From positions 16,239-80,238 of IMG/VR virus record IMGVR_UViG_3300047678_000169: 64,000 nt of DNA; one strand, 5' to 3'. The translations under genes were made by a program, and so were the position numbers. Shown piece after piece: positions 63,460-64,000 of this stretch. This DNA is from a virus. Numbering within the stretch: the first letter of the stretch is position 1; every line of letters starts with the position of its first letter. The notes below the pieces were generated by a model, which was not told the origin of the DNA, made no database searches, and saw only the letters and a program-made list of their open reading frames with translations.

Positions 63460-63956
63460 AAATATTTTTTATCCCATTCTTCAATCTTATAAAAGAAACA
63501 AACTTCTCAGCCATCTTGGCGGTAAGTGTGAAATTTGAGAATATTCTAAAAACGCATCCGCTTTAAACTTTCACCATCAAGACCCAAAAGAAAAAGAATA
63601 TAAATTGGATATTCGTAGTTGTTCTAATTTATCTTGGAAAACTCTACTATCAGAAGTTTCAAAATGTAGATTACTTTGTGCAAATTGTCATATAGAAATT
63701 CATCATCCAAACGGATATGAATCTTAAAAAATGTTTTGTCCTTCGACGTTATCCGACTTCATCGGAGCAGATATTTTCAAGTTACTGCGAGTTTTAAACC
63801 TTCTTGAATAAGGCGCTAACGGTTACTGAACAAATTGAAAAATTGGGATTATTTTGGTCGGCCCACGAAGGAATATTACTCTTCGCTTGTTGCCTGATTG
63901 TTTTCCCGAAGAATCGCACGTGTTGGACTCCTTTCGGGCGTCTGGCGATTACTATT

Positions 63957-64000
63957 TGGTGGTTGTGGTGGGACTCGAACCCACCTGAGCTTGCATGTCG
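63957..64000 (-). tRNA. tRNA, probably Val (GAC), cut by the window edge
   Basis: 3' half with T arm and CCA; GAC lies at the edge. Confidence 0.6.

Noticed and set aside
53372-63566. Many short track ORFs overlapping tRNAs and ncRNAs (e.g. 53372, 54032, 54051, 56330, 56606, 57851, 60321, 60702, 61193, 63145)
   Set aside because: They coincide with RNA genes and have no protein-like features.
63465-63850. About 390-nt ORF-free stretch with short complementary ends (ATCCCA/TGGGAT)
   Set aside because: AT-rich with weak pairing; I cannot tell ncRNA from decayed gene, so it is not called.

Overview
A 64-kb segment of a large (jumbo-type) tailed-phage genome, about 35-40% GC by eye, almost all genes on the minus strand, standard genetic code. 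The host is probably Verrucomicrobia (Opitutae-like); this is inferred from a VPEPSTY PEP-CTERM protein, a stand-alone TonB-C protein and the GroEL sequence. 1-25 kb: a glycan-modification island (at least 12 glycosyltransferases, FkbM/SAM methyltransferases, an epimerase, and a nucleotidyltransferase-cupin-RuBisCO-like protein-phosphodiesterase operon), with homing endonucleases, a Pif1 helicase and GroES/GroEL. 25-38 kb: DNA metabolism genes, a plus-strand TM/PAS/REC module, the PEP-CTERM protein and tmRNA. 38-46 kb: Ser/Thr-rich virion fibre proteins. 47.5-64 kb: an RNA gene array with more than 40 tRNA or tRNA-like genes, RNase P RNA and many unexplained structured ncRNAs. The most striking signal is non-canonical tRNA architecture: (a) three tRNA-Leu in which the variable arm is replaced by a covarying long-range helix; (b) a pair of alanine-identity mini-tRNAs with swapped acceptor strands; (c) two 142-150 nt tRNAs sharing one conserved inserted domain; (d) class I tRNAs with long variable arms; (e) 8/4-type tRNA-Ser. 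All calls come from reading the sequence and recalling motifs; no searches or folding programs were run.
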